From IMG/VR virus record IMGVR_UViG_3300036943_000097, positions 1-34,549 of that record: DNA of 34,549 bases; one strand, 5' to 3'. Made by a program: the position numbers and the translations under genes. The first letter of the stretch is position 1. Every line of letters starts with the position of its first letter. The DNA comes from a virus (Duplodnaviria; Caudoviricetes). Below, in pieces: positions 17,388 to 25,751 of the stretch. The notes under the pieces are model-generated. The model saw nothing but the letters and a program-made list of their open reading frames with translations, did not search any database and had not been told where the DNA came from.

Positions 17388-17584
17388 TGCAGTTCCTCCC
17401 TTCCACATTCGATTAATTCGCCCAGCCGTTCATACAGTAATTCGATTTCTTTCTCCTTCAGCAACACCCCTCCATATGTCTCATCACCTTTCTCGATTGA
17501 AACGTGCAATCCGTTGTAAGCACCCCATAACACCAAGTTCAGTTCCTTGGTATATCTGCAAGGGATTTCTATCAGTTCACTCAT
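17384..17584 (-). CDS. Hypothetical protein
   Basis: 66 aa; overlaps both neighbours. Confidence 0.65.
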   Translation of the reverse strand: MSELIEIPCRYTKELNLVLWGAYNGLHVSIEKGDETYGGVLLKEKEIELLYERLGELIECGREELQ

Positions 17585-18077
17585 TCCTCTTCCTCCATTT
17601 CATTGGGCATTCTTCGGGAACCCTGTCGAGTATCGGGGTTATCTCCAACCGTTCATCCCTCGGCGTGTCTGTCTGGTCTACTCTGTAATGGTTGCATATC
17701 AGTTCGGTGATGACGTATTCCGTTTCTCCACATTCCTCACAATATTTCTCGAATACCGATACTTCGCAATAGGGACAGTCACCGCAACCACGGATGATTA
17801 GATTCAGTTCAGGATGTCCATCATCATCATATTGATTGCCCAACAACCTGATGATACAGGAATCTGGATATTCCCCGTATGGTAACCTGCCATCATACCC
17901 GATGCGGTGTTCCATTTCTTCCCTCGCCGGATGGTTGCAAAATTCCGTATGTTCAGGAGGATCCCACCTTGTTCCCATATCGGATGACCACCCACAATAT
18001 GGGCATTCCTCGCAGGAGTAGATTGATTCGGTCAATAACCATTCTTTATCATTCATTTGTATAAAACTATGTGTCAT
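17577..18077 (-). CDS. Cys-rich protein with an internal duplication
   Basis: Two copies of CxxCPYC...CNH...PxxC. Confidence 0.72.
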   Translation of the reverse strand: MTHSFIQMNDKEWLLTESIYSCEECPYCGWSSDMGTRWDPPEHTEFCNHPAREEMEHRIGYDGRLPYGEYPDSCIIRLLGNQYDDDGHPELNLIIRGCGDCPYCEVSVFEKYCEECGETEYVITELICNHYRVDQTDTPRDERLEITPILDRVPEECPMKWRKRNE

Positions 18078-18286
18078 TCCTCTTCCTCCATATTATTTTC
18101 AACATGATTGTATAGGCTTGAACACACCCAACACAATAGGTATCCATCCTCTACGATGAGATTGCGTGATGTGAGGTCCCCCGATGGGTTTTCAAATGCA
18201 CTATAGAATATATCAATGGCATCGTTGCATTTTGGACACATGACAAACTCAAAGAGTGTATCATTTTTAAGACGAAATGTTGTCAT
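18074..18286 (-). CDS. Zinc-finger protein
   Basis: CPKC...CWVC; GAGGTGA RBS. Confidence 0.7.
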   Translation of the reverse strand: MTTFRLKNDTLFEFVMCPKCNDAIDIFYSAFENPSGDLTSRNLIVEDGYLLCWVCSSLYNHVENNMEEEE

Positions 18287-18299
18287 CTTTGTTCACCTC
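18283..18299 (-). repeat. 17-bp direct repeat, copy 2
   Basis: Identical to 17126-17142. Confidence 0.85.
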
Positions 18300-18447
18300 A
18301 ATCATACGTCTGCCATGGATATGGGCTGATGCGTTCCTCTTTCTCTTCTCTGATTGCCTTGATGCGGTCAATCATCCATTGTGGCGGGTGTGATGCCACC
18401 TTGTACAGTGCTTGGACTTCATTGTCCGTCAGTTCCTCTCCGTTCAT
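18298..18447 (-). CDS. Hypothetical protein (49 aa)
   Basis: MNGEELTD...; GGAGG RBS; ATGA overlap. Confidence 0.6.
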   Translation of the reverse strand: MNGEELTDNEVQALYKVASHPPQWMIDRIKAIREEKEERISPYPWQTYD

Positions 18448-18755
18448 TCTGGTTCCTCCATTGGATCGAAGTTGTCGCATACCGTAGCCGAGATTGCCGG
18501 CACTGTGAGGTAGTCCTCACAGACGGGTGCGTTGACGCAGCCGTGGCAGAGGTGGGAGAATGCGGCCATATCCGCTTTGTGCTTGTAGACCTCCGATGCG
18601 ACCGTCTGCTTGGTCAGTCCGAGTGCGTTTGCGATGTCGCCGTTGCTCTCTCCCATGAGGCGGCGGCAGATGATGCGCGCCTTGTATGCGGTCAGCCCAT
18701 TCTCGATGAGTGAGCCGAGAAGGAGTTTGCGGAGGTCGGTGGAGGTGAACCTCAC
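18444..18755 (-). CDS. HTH transcription regulator (LuxR/sigma-region-4-like) with a C-terminal Cys cluster
   Basis: GESNGDIANALGLTKQTV helix-turn-helix; CHGC..C..C. Confidence 0.72.
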   Translation of the reverse strand: MRFTSTDLRKLLLGSLIENGLTAYKARIICRRLMGESNGDIANALGLTKQTVASEVYKHKADMAAFSHLCHGCVNAPVCEDYLTVPAISATVCDNFDPMEEPE

Positions 18756-18838
18756 GCTCTCGACCTCATGCGGTAGATTGTTTCCACGATCGCCATCCCG
18801 AGGAGGGATGCTCCGAGTGTTGCTATCAGTGCTGTCAT
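18752..18838 (-). CDS. 28-aa membrane peptide
   Basis: MTALIATLGASLLGMAIVETIYRMRSRA; GGAGG RBS; GTGA coupling to the next gene. Confidence 0.55.
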   Translation of the reverse strand: MTALIATLGASLLGMAIVETIYRMRSRA

Positions 18839-18849
18839 TGTTGTTCCTC

Positions 18850-19170
18850 CTATGCGTATCTTCCTAAGTGTGTGCATCCGATGACGTTGCCGTTGTCATC
18901 CCTGACGATACCCATCGGGCAGAGCAGGTCGTTCCGCATGGGCGATGCCATGATGGTGACCTTGTTCACGATGTAGTGGGTGCCGGGGGATCGTTGCGGT
19001 ATGCCGACGACATCGCCCGTCATCACGATGGACACAGGGATGCCGTCGACCGGGGCGCTCTCATCCTCATGCTCCCGCAGTCGCGCGGTCGTCCCGGACG
19101 GGTCTATCCTCCGGAGTCTGTCGCCGTCGATGATTGTGACGGGGTGGGGAAGGAGGTTGATGAGGCTCAT
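18850..19170 (-). CDS. Conserved viral hypothetical protein (NL.PH motif)
   Basis: MSLINLLPHPVTI...RNDLLCP..VRDDNGNVIGC, a pattern I recall from many phage proteins of unknown function. Confidence 0.7.
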   Translation of the reverse strand: MSLINLLPHPVTIIDGDRLRRIDPSGTTARLREHEDESAPVDGIPVSIVMTGDVVGIPQRSPGTHYIVNKVTIMASPMRNDLLCPMGIVRDDNGNVIGCTHLGRYA

Positions 19171-19397
19171 TCCTCTTCCTCCATCTCCTTCTCGTTGATG
19201 ACCTCCTCCAACGCCTTGACGAGGCGGGAGTGCGTCCCGCCGAGTTTCCAGACGTCTATGGAGTGCCACTCCGCCATGTCACAGTAATCATCACCGGGAT
19301 GTTCACCGTTGATGACTATGCAGGGGTCGTATGGATATGGATAATCGTTTATGCACTCATCGCAGTAGTGGAATTGGGTTATACGGTCAATCCTCAT
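19167..19397 (-). CDS. Hypothetical Cys-containing protein
   Basis: MRIDRITQFHYCDEC...; coupled to both neighbours; exact start uncertain. Confidence 0.6.
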   Translation of the reverse strand: MRIDRITQFHYCDECINDYPYPYDPCIVINGEHPGDDYCDMAEWHSIDVWKLGGTHSRLVKALEEVINEKEMEEEE

Positions 19398-19530
19398 CGT
19401 CATCATCCTCCCGGTAAGTGAGTGCGTCCTGCTTCTCCTGTTCCATCGTCTCGACCTCGCCCCAGCATCTGTCGCAGAGACGGTTGTCATCGATGGTTGC
19501 TCCCTCGGCTCCGCACCGGGCGCACTTCAT
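19387..19530 (-). CDS. Small zinc-finger protein
   Basis: MKCARCG...CDRC; GGAGG RBS; ATGA overlap. Confidence 0.65.
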   Translation of the reverse strand: MKCARCGAEGATIDDNRLCDRCWGEVETMEQEKQDALTYREDDDDED

Positions 19531-19841
19531 AATGAATCCTCCCACAGTTGCCGGGCTTCCGGTGCGGTGATGTCGTTGTCGCTGACCATGATGCCGAGGG
19601 GTTTCCCGTCGAGGGGGATTTCGAGCATGGAAGGAGTGATGTCGTTGTCGATGCACTCCCGGACGGCGATGGGACAGGAGCAGACAAGCCGGTAAGGGCT
19701 GATGTCCTTCCACGTCAGGTCGCTGTCCTTCATGCGTTGGACGACAGCGGGGAGGTCGTCGTTGTCCCCCCCGTGTATGTCGATCCACTTGGAGATGTTG
19801 TCGAGGTCGCCGATGGGGATGTCGTTGAGGACGGGATGCAT
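19527..19841 (-). CDS. Hypothetical protein
   Basis: 104 aa; abuts both neighbours. Confidence 0.7.
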   Translation of the reverse strand: MHPVLNDIPIGDLDNISKWIDIHGGDNDDLPAVVQRMKDSDLTWKDISPYRLVCSCPIAVRECIDNDITPSMLEIPLDGKPLGIMVSDNDITAPEARQLWEDSL

Positions 19842-20228
19842 TCAGTCCACCTTCATAAGCCACCGCTCTCCGGTGATGGAATCCTTCTTGACAACGTAGA
19901 GCATCGTCGGCTCACTCCCGAGGGGGGTGAAGACGAGGTTGCTGACGTCGCAGGCGGTGACCGCCGTTTCGAAGTCGTGTGCCTCCCGGATGCCTTCGAT
20001 GCATTCCGCCCATGCGGTCACATTGACCTCCCACGCGGTGTCACGGGGTGCGACACCCCGGACGATGGTCACGTTGTCAGCGTTCTGATACCTCATGCAC
20101 AGGGAGTTATAATGATCCGCTTCCAGACCATTGTCTATCTCCTCTTGGTCAAAGAATTCCTTCTGCACCCGAGTGGATTGCCGGGTGCCTGTCCTCCAGA
20201 CCTCCATGCGTGTTGTGAAGCCTCTCAT
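19842..20228 (-). CDS. Hypothetical protein
   Basis: 128 aa; abuts both neighbours. Confidence 0.7.
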   Translation of the reverse strand: MRGFTTRMEVWRTGTRQSTRVQKEFFDQEEIDNGLEADHYNSLCMRYQNADNVTIVRGVAPRDTAWEVNVTAWAECIEGIREAHDFETAVTACDVSNLVFTPLGSEPTMLYVVKKDSITGERWLMKVD

Positions 20229-20576
20229 TCAGGCCACCACCTTGGCGGAGAGGCTGTTGAGCTTGCCCATCCTTGCCTTCCTTGCCATGCTGCCGGAGAC
20301 GAGGACCGCCCTGCCGGTGTCATTATGCATGACTATCATGCACTCATCGTCGGCGAGGTCCTTGACCATGGGCTTGACATCCTCCCGGTCGATGCCGGTG
20401 ACGGCAAAATCATCAGTGAGGACGGTATAGGTCATCCCGGAGATGACCTTGCCTAGCCGGGCGATCTCCGCACGGTTGTGGTTGAACGCCTCGATGTTCT
20501 TGTTCGTCTCGCGTATTGCCGCCTTGGTGGCGCAGTGCGCCGCAAGGCCCTTTCTCATTTCTGTGAACGACTGCAT
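20229..20576 (-). CDS. Hypothetical protein, first gene of an operon
   Basis: MQSFTEMRK...; AAGGAG RBS; TATA-like box upstream. Confidence 0.7.
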   Translation of the reverse strand: MQSFTEMRKGLAAHCATKAAIRETNKNIEAFNHNRAEIARLGKVISGMTYTVLTDDFAVTGIDREDVKPMVKDLADDECMIVMHNDTGRAVLVSGSMARKARMGKLNSLSAKVVA

Positions 20577-20625
20577 TTTGGTTTTCTCCTTTTGTGTTGT
20601 TCTATATGGTATATACGTTAGGGAG

Positions 20626-20632
20626 TATTTAA
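20626..20632 (-). promoter_or_regulatory. Putative TATA box (leadered transcript)
   Basis: TTAAATA about 50 bp upstream of ATG 20576 in an AT-rich gap. Confidence 0.5.
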
Positions 20633-20850
20633 TGGTTGTAGTATTCGTGGAGGTTGGACTGACGACTGTGGGAGTGCCCGGAAGGGTCGTCGGCATGGAT
20701 TAGCGCCATCAGACATTTGGCGGACTGTTTGACAATGGGTGCCGGAATGCCGTTGTCCATCAGATGGGATATTAATCGCATGTGCAGCTCATCGCCTTCG
20801 CATATGGGCATAAGGGTCTTTTTGCCGTAGAGGGGGAAGGAGAGGATCAT
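20629..20850 (-). CDS. Hypothetical protein
   Basis: 73 aa; GAGGTGA RBS; ATGA overlap with the helicase gene. Confidence 0.6.
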   Translation of the reverse strand: MILSFPLYGKKTLMPICEGDELHMRLISHLMDNGIPAPIVKQSAKCLMALIHADDPSGHSHSRQSNLHEYYNH

Positions 20851-21890
20851 CGTATCACCTCATTCTTGACTGTGACGTTGCTCGGCCACTTGACCGCCTT
20901 GGTGACATTGTCGTCCGTAGTTCCCTCGGCAAGGAGGACGTGCACGTCTGCGGTCTTGCCGGGCAGTGGGCGGATGACCCTGCCGATGGTCTGGATGTGC
21001 GACCGTGCCGATGTGGCGGTGGACAGGATTATGGCGACGTCTGCGCTGGGGTCGTTGAATCCTTCCTGCAACATCTTGCATGAGAGGACCACGTCGACCT
21101 CGTGGTCGATGAAGCGTTGCAATCGGCTGTCGCCGTTCAGGTGGAGGGCGTGGGCGATGCCTTCCTTGTCGAGCATGGCGGAGAGTTCGTGGAGTTGTTT
21201 CTTCCTCTCAGCGAAGACCATGATGCGACGGTGATTGTTCCGTCGGATGAGGTCGAGCGTGTGGTCGAGGCGTTGCGGTAGCTCATAGACCCAGTTACGG
21301 CGGTTGATGACCGACCACGTCATGCGGTCGTCGGGATTGCGCCTCATGTCCTCCTTCACCCTATCTGTCTTGCGTTGGTAGGACTGCTTCTGATACTCGG
21401 TGAGGGGAAAGGTGCGGTAGTGGACGGTGAACGGGGAGATGTTGGCGGTGTCGTAGTCGATTTCCATAAGCAGTCCGCCGATTAGTTCCTCCGAGCCGTC
21501 CGGGGTGGCGGAGAGCCCGAGGATGTGTTCGGGGAGATGCCCTTCCCGAATGAGGCGCCCCTGCACGTTGGTGAGGAGGTTGTGGCACTCGTCGGCTATC
21601 ACTACGGTGTAGTCGGCGGAACGGCCTTGAGCGTAGTGGGAGAGGGCCTGTTGGTATCCCTTGACATCTCCGGGTATGCCGAGGCGGTCGAGTTCCTTCA
21701 CCCATTGCAGTCCGATGACGTTGCGGGGGACGAGGATGAGGGGCTTGGCGTGGGGATGGTCGGCGAGGTAGCATTGCAGGGCGATGCAACCGGCAAGGGT
21801 CTTTCCTGCGCCTGTCACGGCCTTGACCACGCCGGTGTGGTCGTTGTCCCTCCATGTGGGATAGAGGGCGTGTTGCCAGGCGTAGGTCAT
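20847..21890 (-). CDS. Superfamily 2 (DExH) helicase, SSL2/Rad25-like core
   Basis: TGAGKT, DECH, LGLSAT, EGFNDP and QTIGRVIR motifs. Confidence 0.93.
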   Translation of the reverse strand: MTYAWQHALYPTWRDNDHTGVVKAVTGAGKTLAGCIALQCYLADHPHAKPLILVPRNVIGLQWVKELDRLGIPGDVKGYQQALSHYAQGRSADYTVVIADECHNLLTNVQGRLIREGHLPEHILGLSATPDGSEELIGGLLMEIDYDTANISPFTVHYRTFPLTEYQKQSYQRKTDRVKEDMRRNPDDRMTWSVINRRNWVYELPQRLDHTLDLIRRNNHRRIMVFAERKKQLHELSAMLDKEGIAHALHLNGDSRLQRFIDHEVDVVLSCKMLQEGFNDPSADVAIILSTATSARSHIQTIGRVIRPLPGKTADVHVLLAEGTTDDNVTKAVKWPSNVTVKNEVIR

Positions 21891-22081
21891 CGGTTTATCT
21901 CCTCCTTGACCTCCTCCCACATCTCATGGACCATGAAACCGCCATCGATATGCTCCTCATCCAGGTCCACCTCCTCCAGCATCCGGGTGGCGTATTCATC
22001 CGCCTTCATCGGTCCGATGCTGTTCATCAGGTCTTGGGCGATGTGCTGTGCGTGTTGTTTGGCTTTATTCTCCGGGTTCAT
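21887..22081 (-). CDS. Hypothetical acidic protein
   Basis: 64 aa; GGTGA RBS; ATGA overlap. Confidence 0.65.
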   Translation of the reverse strand: MNPENKAKQHAQHIAQDLMNSIGPMKADEYATRMLEEVDLDEEHIDGGFMVHEMWEEVKEEINR

Positions 22082-22085
22082 TGTA

Positions 22086-22268
22086 TCACCGGTAGATTAT
22101 GCCGTCGTAATCAGATGGCTGATATTCGCTCAATGCCCTATCCAACAATTCGCCGATACATTCAGACCGGTTTGCTCCGGTCTTGGCACATTCCTCCTCC
22201 ACCCTTTCAGCGATTGACTTGTCTATGCTGATGGAGAACTGTATCTTCTTATTCTTCATTGACATCAC
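22086..22268 (-). CDS. Ribbon-helix-helix DNA-binding protein
   Basis: QFSISIDK...NRSECIGELL pattern. Confidence 0.75.
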   Translation of the reverse strand: MMSMKNKKIQFSISIDKSIAERVEEECAKTGANRSECIGELLDRALSEYQPSDYDGIIYR

Positions 22269-22650
22269 CTTGGAATAGGGGTAGGTATTCTATGGCCAAT
22301 TGATGGAACTCTATCTGGTTGATGCCTTCCAGTGTGGTTTCGTCATCATCGTAATTGGTCATACTCTCACGGATGTAGGCTTCGGCATCATCTATTCCTC
22401 GGTTGGACACAACGAGCTTGGCGAACCTGTGCGCCCGCGCCATCTTCAGGGATTCGAAGGTGATGGTCTCATCTTCGGTTCCTTCCTGTTTTTTGGAGCC
22501 TTTGATGTATTGTGACACTATGTCAACGACTACCGCAGACGCGGACATCCTGCGTTTCGAGGCAATCTCCTTTATCGTGTCCCACATATCGTCGGTAACG
22601 TTGATGCTGCGAGGGACACGTCGTGAATGATTACCTGCCAAGGCGTTCAT
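22249..22650 (-). CDS. Ribbon-helix-helix protein with a C-terminal extension
   Basis: RSINVTDDMWDTIKEIASKRRMSASAVV. Confidence 0.75.
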   Translation of the reverse strand: MNALAGNHSRRVPRSINVTDDMWDTIKEIASKRRMSASAVVVDIVSQYIKGSKKQEGTEDETITFESLKMARAHRFAKLVVSNRGIDDAEAYIRESMTNYDDDETTLEGINQIEFHQLAIEYLPLFQGDVNEE

Positions 22651-22768
22651 CCTCCTTGACCAGTGACCTGATTAATTCCTCATACGATCTGAAACCACGC
22701 TTAACGACCAACGCCTTCAATATCTGGCGCGTCTCTTTGGTCACGGTTATCATGGTGTTTGATACCAT
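22631..22768 (-). CDS. Small archaeal RHH/CopG-like regulator (45 aa)
   Basis: Below the track cutoff: MVSNTMITVTKETRQILKALVVKRGFRSYEELIRSLVKEDERLGR. Confidence 0.75.
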   Translation of the reverse strand: MVSNTMITVTKETRQILKALVVKRGFRSYEELIRSLVKEDERLGR

Positions 22769-22790
22769 GGATACACAATGGTTTTAATCT

Positions 22791-22798
22791 TATAAATA
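22791..22798 (-). promoter_or_regulatory. TATA box, RHH/helicase operon
   Basis: TATTTATA at -30..-23 from ATG 22768. Confidence 0.6.
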
Positions 22799-22821
22799 GT
22801 TTTAAGTTATTTATAGTAAAT

Positions 22822-23081
<260 letters not shown>

Positions 23082-23233
23082 TCCTATATAAAGAACATAT
23101 GTTTTTCGGTGTGTATATCTACATAATACATATGTAATAAGTTATTTATTATTCATCACAGTAAATGATTACAGAATAATGAGTTATACCTTGATTCTAT
23201 ATCGGTAGACCTTTTTCGAGGGAATTGTGTGAT

Positions 23234-23322
23234 ACACGCACACACAAGATACCGTATCAACAGTCGTTGTTCCGCACGCTGCAGACTGAGAAAGATGCAC
23301 ATGCACACACACGCACACACAA
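23234..23322. repeat. Two copies of ACACGCACACACAA in CA-rich tracts
   Basis: Copies at 23234-23247 and 23309-23322. Confidence 0.85.
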
Positions 23323-23329
23323 AAAATGG

Positions 23330-23470
23330 ATAGGAAAAAGGAAAGATTTTGGTATCGCCTTGCCGGGGATGGCTGAGAGAACTCCCGGCCATTGCCCCTC
23401 GGACTTACAGGTCATTGCATGGTCACATTGGTCATGCTCCCTGGCCTGGGACTATGACCGCAATATGATA
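23330..23470 (-). ncRNA. Possible structured RNA or 3' UTR with terminator
   Basis: Hairpins at 23424-23467 and 23362-23389, followed on the minus strand by T-rich tracts. Confidence 0.35.
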
Positions 23471-23471
23471 A

Positions 23472-23594
23472 TCAGTCTATCGGATATAATACGCTTTCGA
23501 GATGCTCCGCTACATAATCATCCTCTTCCTCTGTCAGATCGTCGTAGGAATCCATTCCCCAAACGAACTGCCGAATGTCATCGGCGGTTGCCAT
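23472..23594 (-). CDS. Small acidic protein (40 aa)
   Basis: MATADDIRQFVWGMDSYDDLTEEEDDYVAEHLESVLYPID, with its own TATA box. Confidence 0.6.
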   Translation of the reverse strand: MATADDIRQFVWGMDSYDDLTEEEDDYVAEHLESVLYPID

Positions 23595-23616
23595 GACTAT
23601 AATAGAAAAATATAGT

Positions 23617-23624
23617 GTATAAAA
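23617..23624 (-). promoter_or_regulatory. TATA box (leaderless)
   Basis: TTTTATAC at -30..-23 from ATG 23594. Confidence 0.6.
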
Positions 23625-23634
23625 GGTTTATGCT

Positions 23635-23907
23635 TCAGGAGAGTTCTTCAACGACCTCGGTGGCGACCCACTCATTGACGTTACGCTCTGTCACGTTGTC
23701 GTGCCGCTTGCCGAAGGACGCCACCATGTTCTTCTGCACCAACTCCGACACCCTCCCGGTGATGCAGTTGATGGGGAGATGGAGAATCGAGCATAGCTCC
23801 CGATTGGTCACCGGGCCGTTCTCCCGTATGGCGAGATAGACCTCCCTCTGCCTGTCGGTGATGTCCTCGATGGCGTGATAGGATTCCAATGATGCTTCGT
23901 TCATCAT
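23635..23907 (-). CDS. Winged-helix DNA-binding protein
   Basis: ITDRQREVY..GPVTNRELC..ITGRVSELV. Confidence 0.78.
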   Translation of the reverse strand: MMNEASLESYHAIEDITDRQREVYLAIRENGPVTNRELCSILHLPINCITGRVSELVQKNMVASFGKRHDNVTERNVNEWVATEVVEELS

Positions 23908-23908
23908 G

Positions 23909-24157
23909 TCAGCCCCTCCTGATGCTGTATAGGTGACGGCGATACCCAATCTCCGTGACTTCCTCTTCCACGGCGGCCCTTCCGGTATCGACGAGGTGTT
24001 GCAGATACTTCCTCGTTGTAGCCTTCCCCATGCCCACGGCCTCGGCGATATATCCGACATCAGCACGGTGGCGGTATTGGGGCCTGCGTTCCCAGCCCCC
24101 GTGGACATCGAGCTGCATCAGCACACCGACGATCTGATTGAGGACGTCCTCCCTCAA
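23909..24157 (-). CDS. Winged-helix DNA-binding protein
   Basis: IAEAVGMGKATTRKYLQHLVDTG. Confidence 0.78.
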   Translation of the reverse strand: MREDVLNQIVGVLMQLDVHGGWERRPQYRHRADVGYIAEAVGMGKATTRKYLQHLVDTGRAAVEEEVTEIGYRRHLYSIRRG

Positions 24158-24384
24158 TGTCCCCGCCTCCCATACAGTATTTCCTCGGCATCCTCGTTCT
24201 CCACCGTGCCGGGAGGGACGTCCTCCTCGGGGGCGCCCTTCCTCCCTTCCTTGCTCCAGCGGAACCCTCTGCCGGGTTTACGCTTCTCCTTCTCCCCTTT
24301 GCGGTGATAACAGTCGAGGCACTCCACCACTTCCCCGTCCTGATAGACAAGGAGGTTCTCGCTACCGCATTTCTCGCAATTCAT
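24154..24384 (-). CDS. Zinc-ribbon protein (TFIIB-like N-terminus)
   Basis: CEKCGSENL..GEVVECLDC. Confidence 0.68.
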   Translation of the reverse strand: MNCEKCGSENLLVYQDGEVVECLDCYHRKGEKEKRKPGRGFRWSKEGRKGAPEEDVPPGTVENEDAEEILYGRRGH

Positions 24385-24707
24385 AACTCAATCACCTCGG
24401 CATTGCGTAACGCCTTCAATGAGTTCTTCCATTCAACATACCATCGCTGTGCATCCTGTAACAACCTGTTCACATCATCCAGGCAGTCTGTGTCCCATAT
24501 AACATCATTATTGGGTGCGAACACCCACTTACGCCACGGTGCATGGAATCGTACCATGCCGAGGGTAGAACCATCCTTCTTGCTGACGATGGTATAGAGG
24601 GGGGTCTTACGCCCTGCAACGTTCACTTTGTAGGCGGTGAAGTATCTGTAATCATACGGCATTCCCTGCATTTTCAGTCCTCCTTGTAGTTCTTGCATTG
24701 CAGACAT
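24381..24707 (-). CDS. Hypothetical protein
   Basis: LGMVRFHAPWRKWVFAP..WDTDCL; the true start is probably near 24671. Confidence 0.65.
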   Translation of the reverse strand: MSAMQELQGGLKMQGMPYDYRYFTAYKVNVAGRKTPLYTIVSKKDGSTLGMVRFHAPWRKWVFAPNNDVIWDTDCLDDVNRLLQDAQRWYVEWKNSLKALRNAEVIEL

Positions 24708-24835
24708 GTCGCTACCCTCTTCTGTGCCTTCCTACCCTTGCCCTCCTTCGGCACTTGGTGGATGCACCCTGCCGGCTTCATCACCCTCGTGATGTGGTCG
24801 GACAAGTCCTTTCCGGTTATCGCACATTTGCTCAT
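24674..24835 (-). CDS. Small Cys-containing protein
   Basis: MSKCAITG...CLQC; fits the operon packing. Confidence 0.55.
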   Translation of the reverse strand: MSKCAITGKDLSDHITRVMKPAGCIHQVPKEGKGRKAQKRVATCLQCKNYKED

Positions 24836-24836
24836 T

Positions 24837-25064
24837 TCACTTTCCTCCCAACACTTCGTTAATCTGTCGGTCACGCAACCAATGCGACAGTGCATCTCTC
24901 AACGCCACCATTTCATCTCTGCTCAAACTACACAAGTAAAATCCTCCAGCGGTTGAATCGGTGATGCTGATGGTCAAATCGCCATTGTATGTATGGCTGA
25001 AATGAAGAACATCCTTCTCTCCACCGAAGACTGCTGTGTTTTCCATAATCCTGTGATTGCTCAT
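24837..25064 (-). CDS. Hypothetical protein
   Basis: 75 aa; ATGA coupling. Confidence 0.65.
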   Translation of the reverse strand: MSNHRIMENTAVFGGEKDVLHFSHTYNGDLTISITDSTAGGFYLCSLSRDEMVALRDALSHWLRDRQINEVLGGK

Positions 25065-25246
25065 TCCATCAACTCCTTGAACTCTCCCGTATTGACGATT
25101 TTGTCAGTACATTCGGGACACGCCCACTGATTCCTCATTGGGTTCGTGCCGTGTATTATGTGGTTGATTGTGTTTATGCGAACATACTTATCGCACACAG
25201 TACACCTTACCCATGTTCTTTCATCGGGTACGTTGGTTTTGCTCAC
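25061..25246 (-). CDS. Zinc-finger protein
   Basis: GTG start overlapping the upstream stop; CTVC...CPEC. Confidence 0.65.
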   Translation of the reverse strand: MSKTNVPDERTWVRCTVCDKYVRINTINHIIHGTNPMRNQWACPECTDKIVNTGEFKELME

Positions 25247-25596
25247 TCCTTCACCTCCTTCTTGCTCTTGGTTGGCAGGATGTCCAACCCCATCTCCCTC
25301 GCTGTGGAGATGGAATAATGCAACCATGTCATCCTCTGGTCTATCCTCCGCTTGGCTTCGATGTCGGATGCATCGACGGGTATCATCACTTTCAGCCGTC
25401 CCTTGGATTCCGTGCCGATGGTGATGCTGTCCCACTCGCTGACATGGGAAACGTCCTCCTTGGTGTCAGTTGGTTGCCATTGGTTTGTCGGGCCTTGCAC
25501 CATCACCATGTTCGGTATGAAGCCGTGGAGGATGCAGATGCAACCCAGCCCTGATGGGTGGGTGGACACCTCCCTGTCGCAGTAGGGGCAGTTCAT
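25243..25596 (-). CDS. Hypothetical protein with an N-terminal zinc finger
   Basis: CPYC...CILH; coupled to both neighbours. Confidence 0.7.
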   Translation of the reverse strand: MNCPYCDREVSTHPSGLGCICILHGFIPNMVMVQGPTNQWQPTDTKEDVSHVSEWDSITIGTESKGRLKVMIPVDASDIEAKRRIDQRMTWLHYSISTAREMGLDILPTKSKKEVKE

Positions 25597-25751
25597 TTTC
25601 TACCCCCAGGGAAGGCGTCAGCAAGAGCATCAGCAGTCTGTAGACCGTATATCTCTGACATCAGTTCGTTATGCCGGACGGCACAGTCCGGGCATCTTCC
25701 CCTGATCGCCTCATCGGGACGGATGGTCTTGCCACACTCGGCGCAGTTCAT
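25593..25751 (-). CDS. Small zinc-finger protein
   Basis: MNCAECG...CPDC; ATGA overlaps. Confidence 0.65.
   Translation of the reverse strand: MNCAECGKTIRPDEAIRGRCPDCAVRHNELMSEIYGLQTADALADAFPGGRK

Noticed and set aside
23362-23391. tRNA or tRNA-derived attP (GCCGGGG...CCCGGCCA)
   Set aside because: Only a 28-nt hairpin with no anticodon or T arm, and no integrase in the genome.
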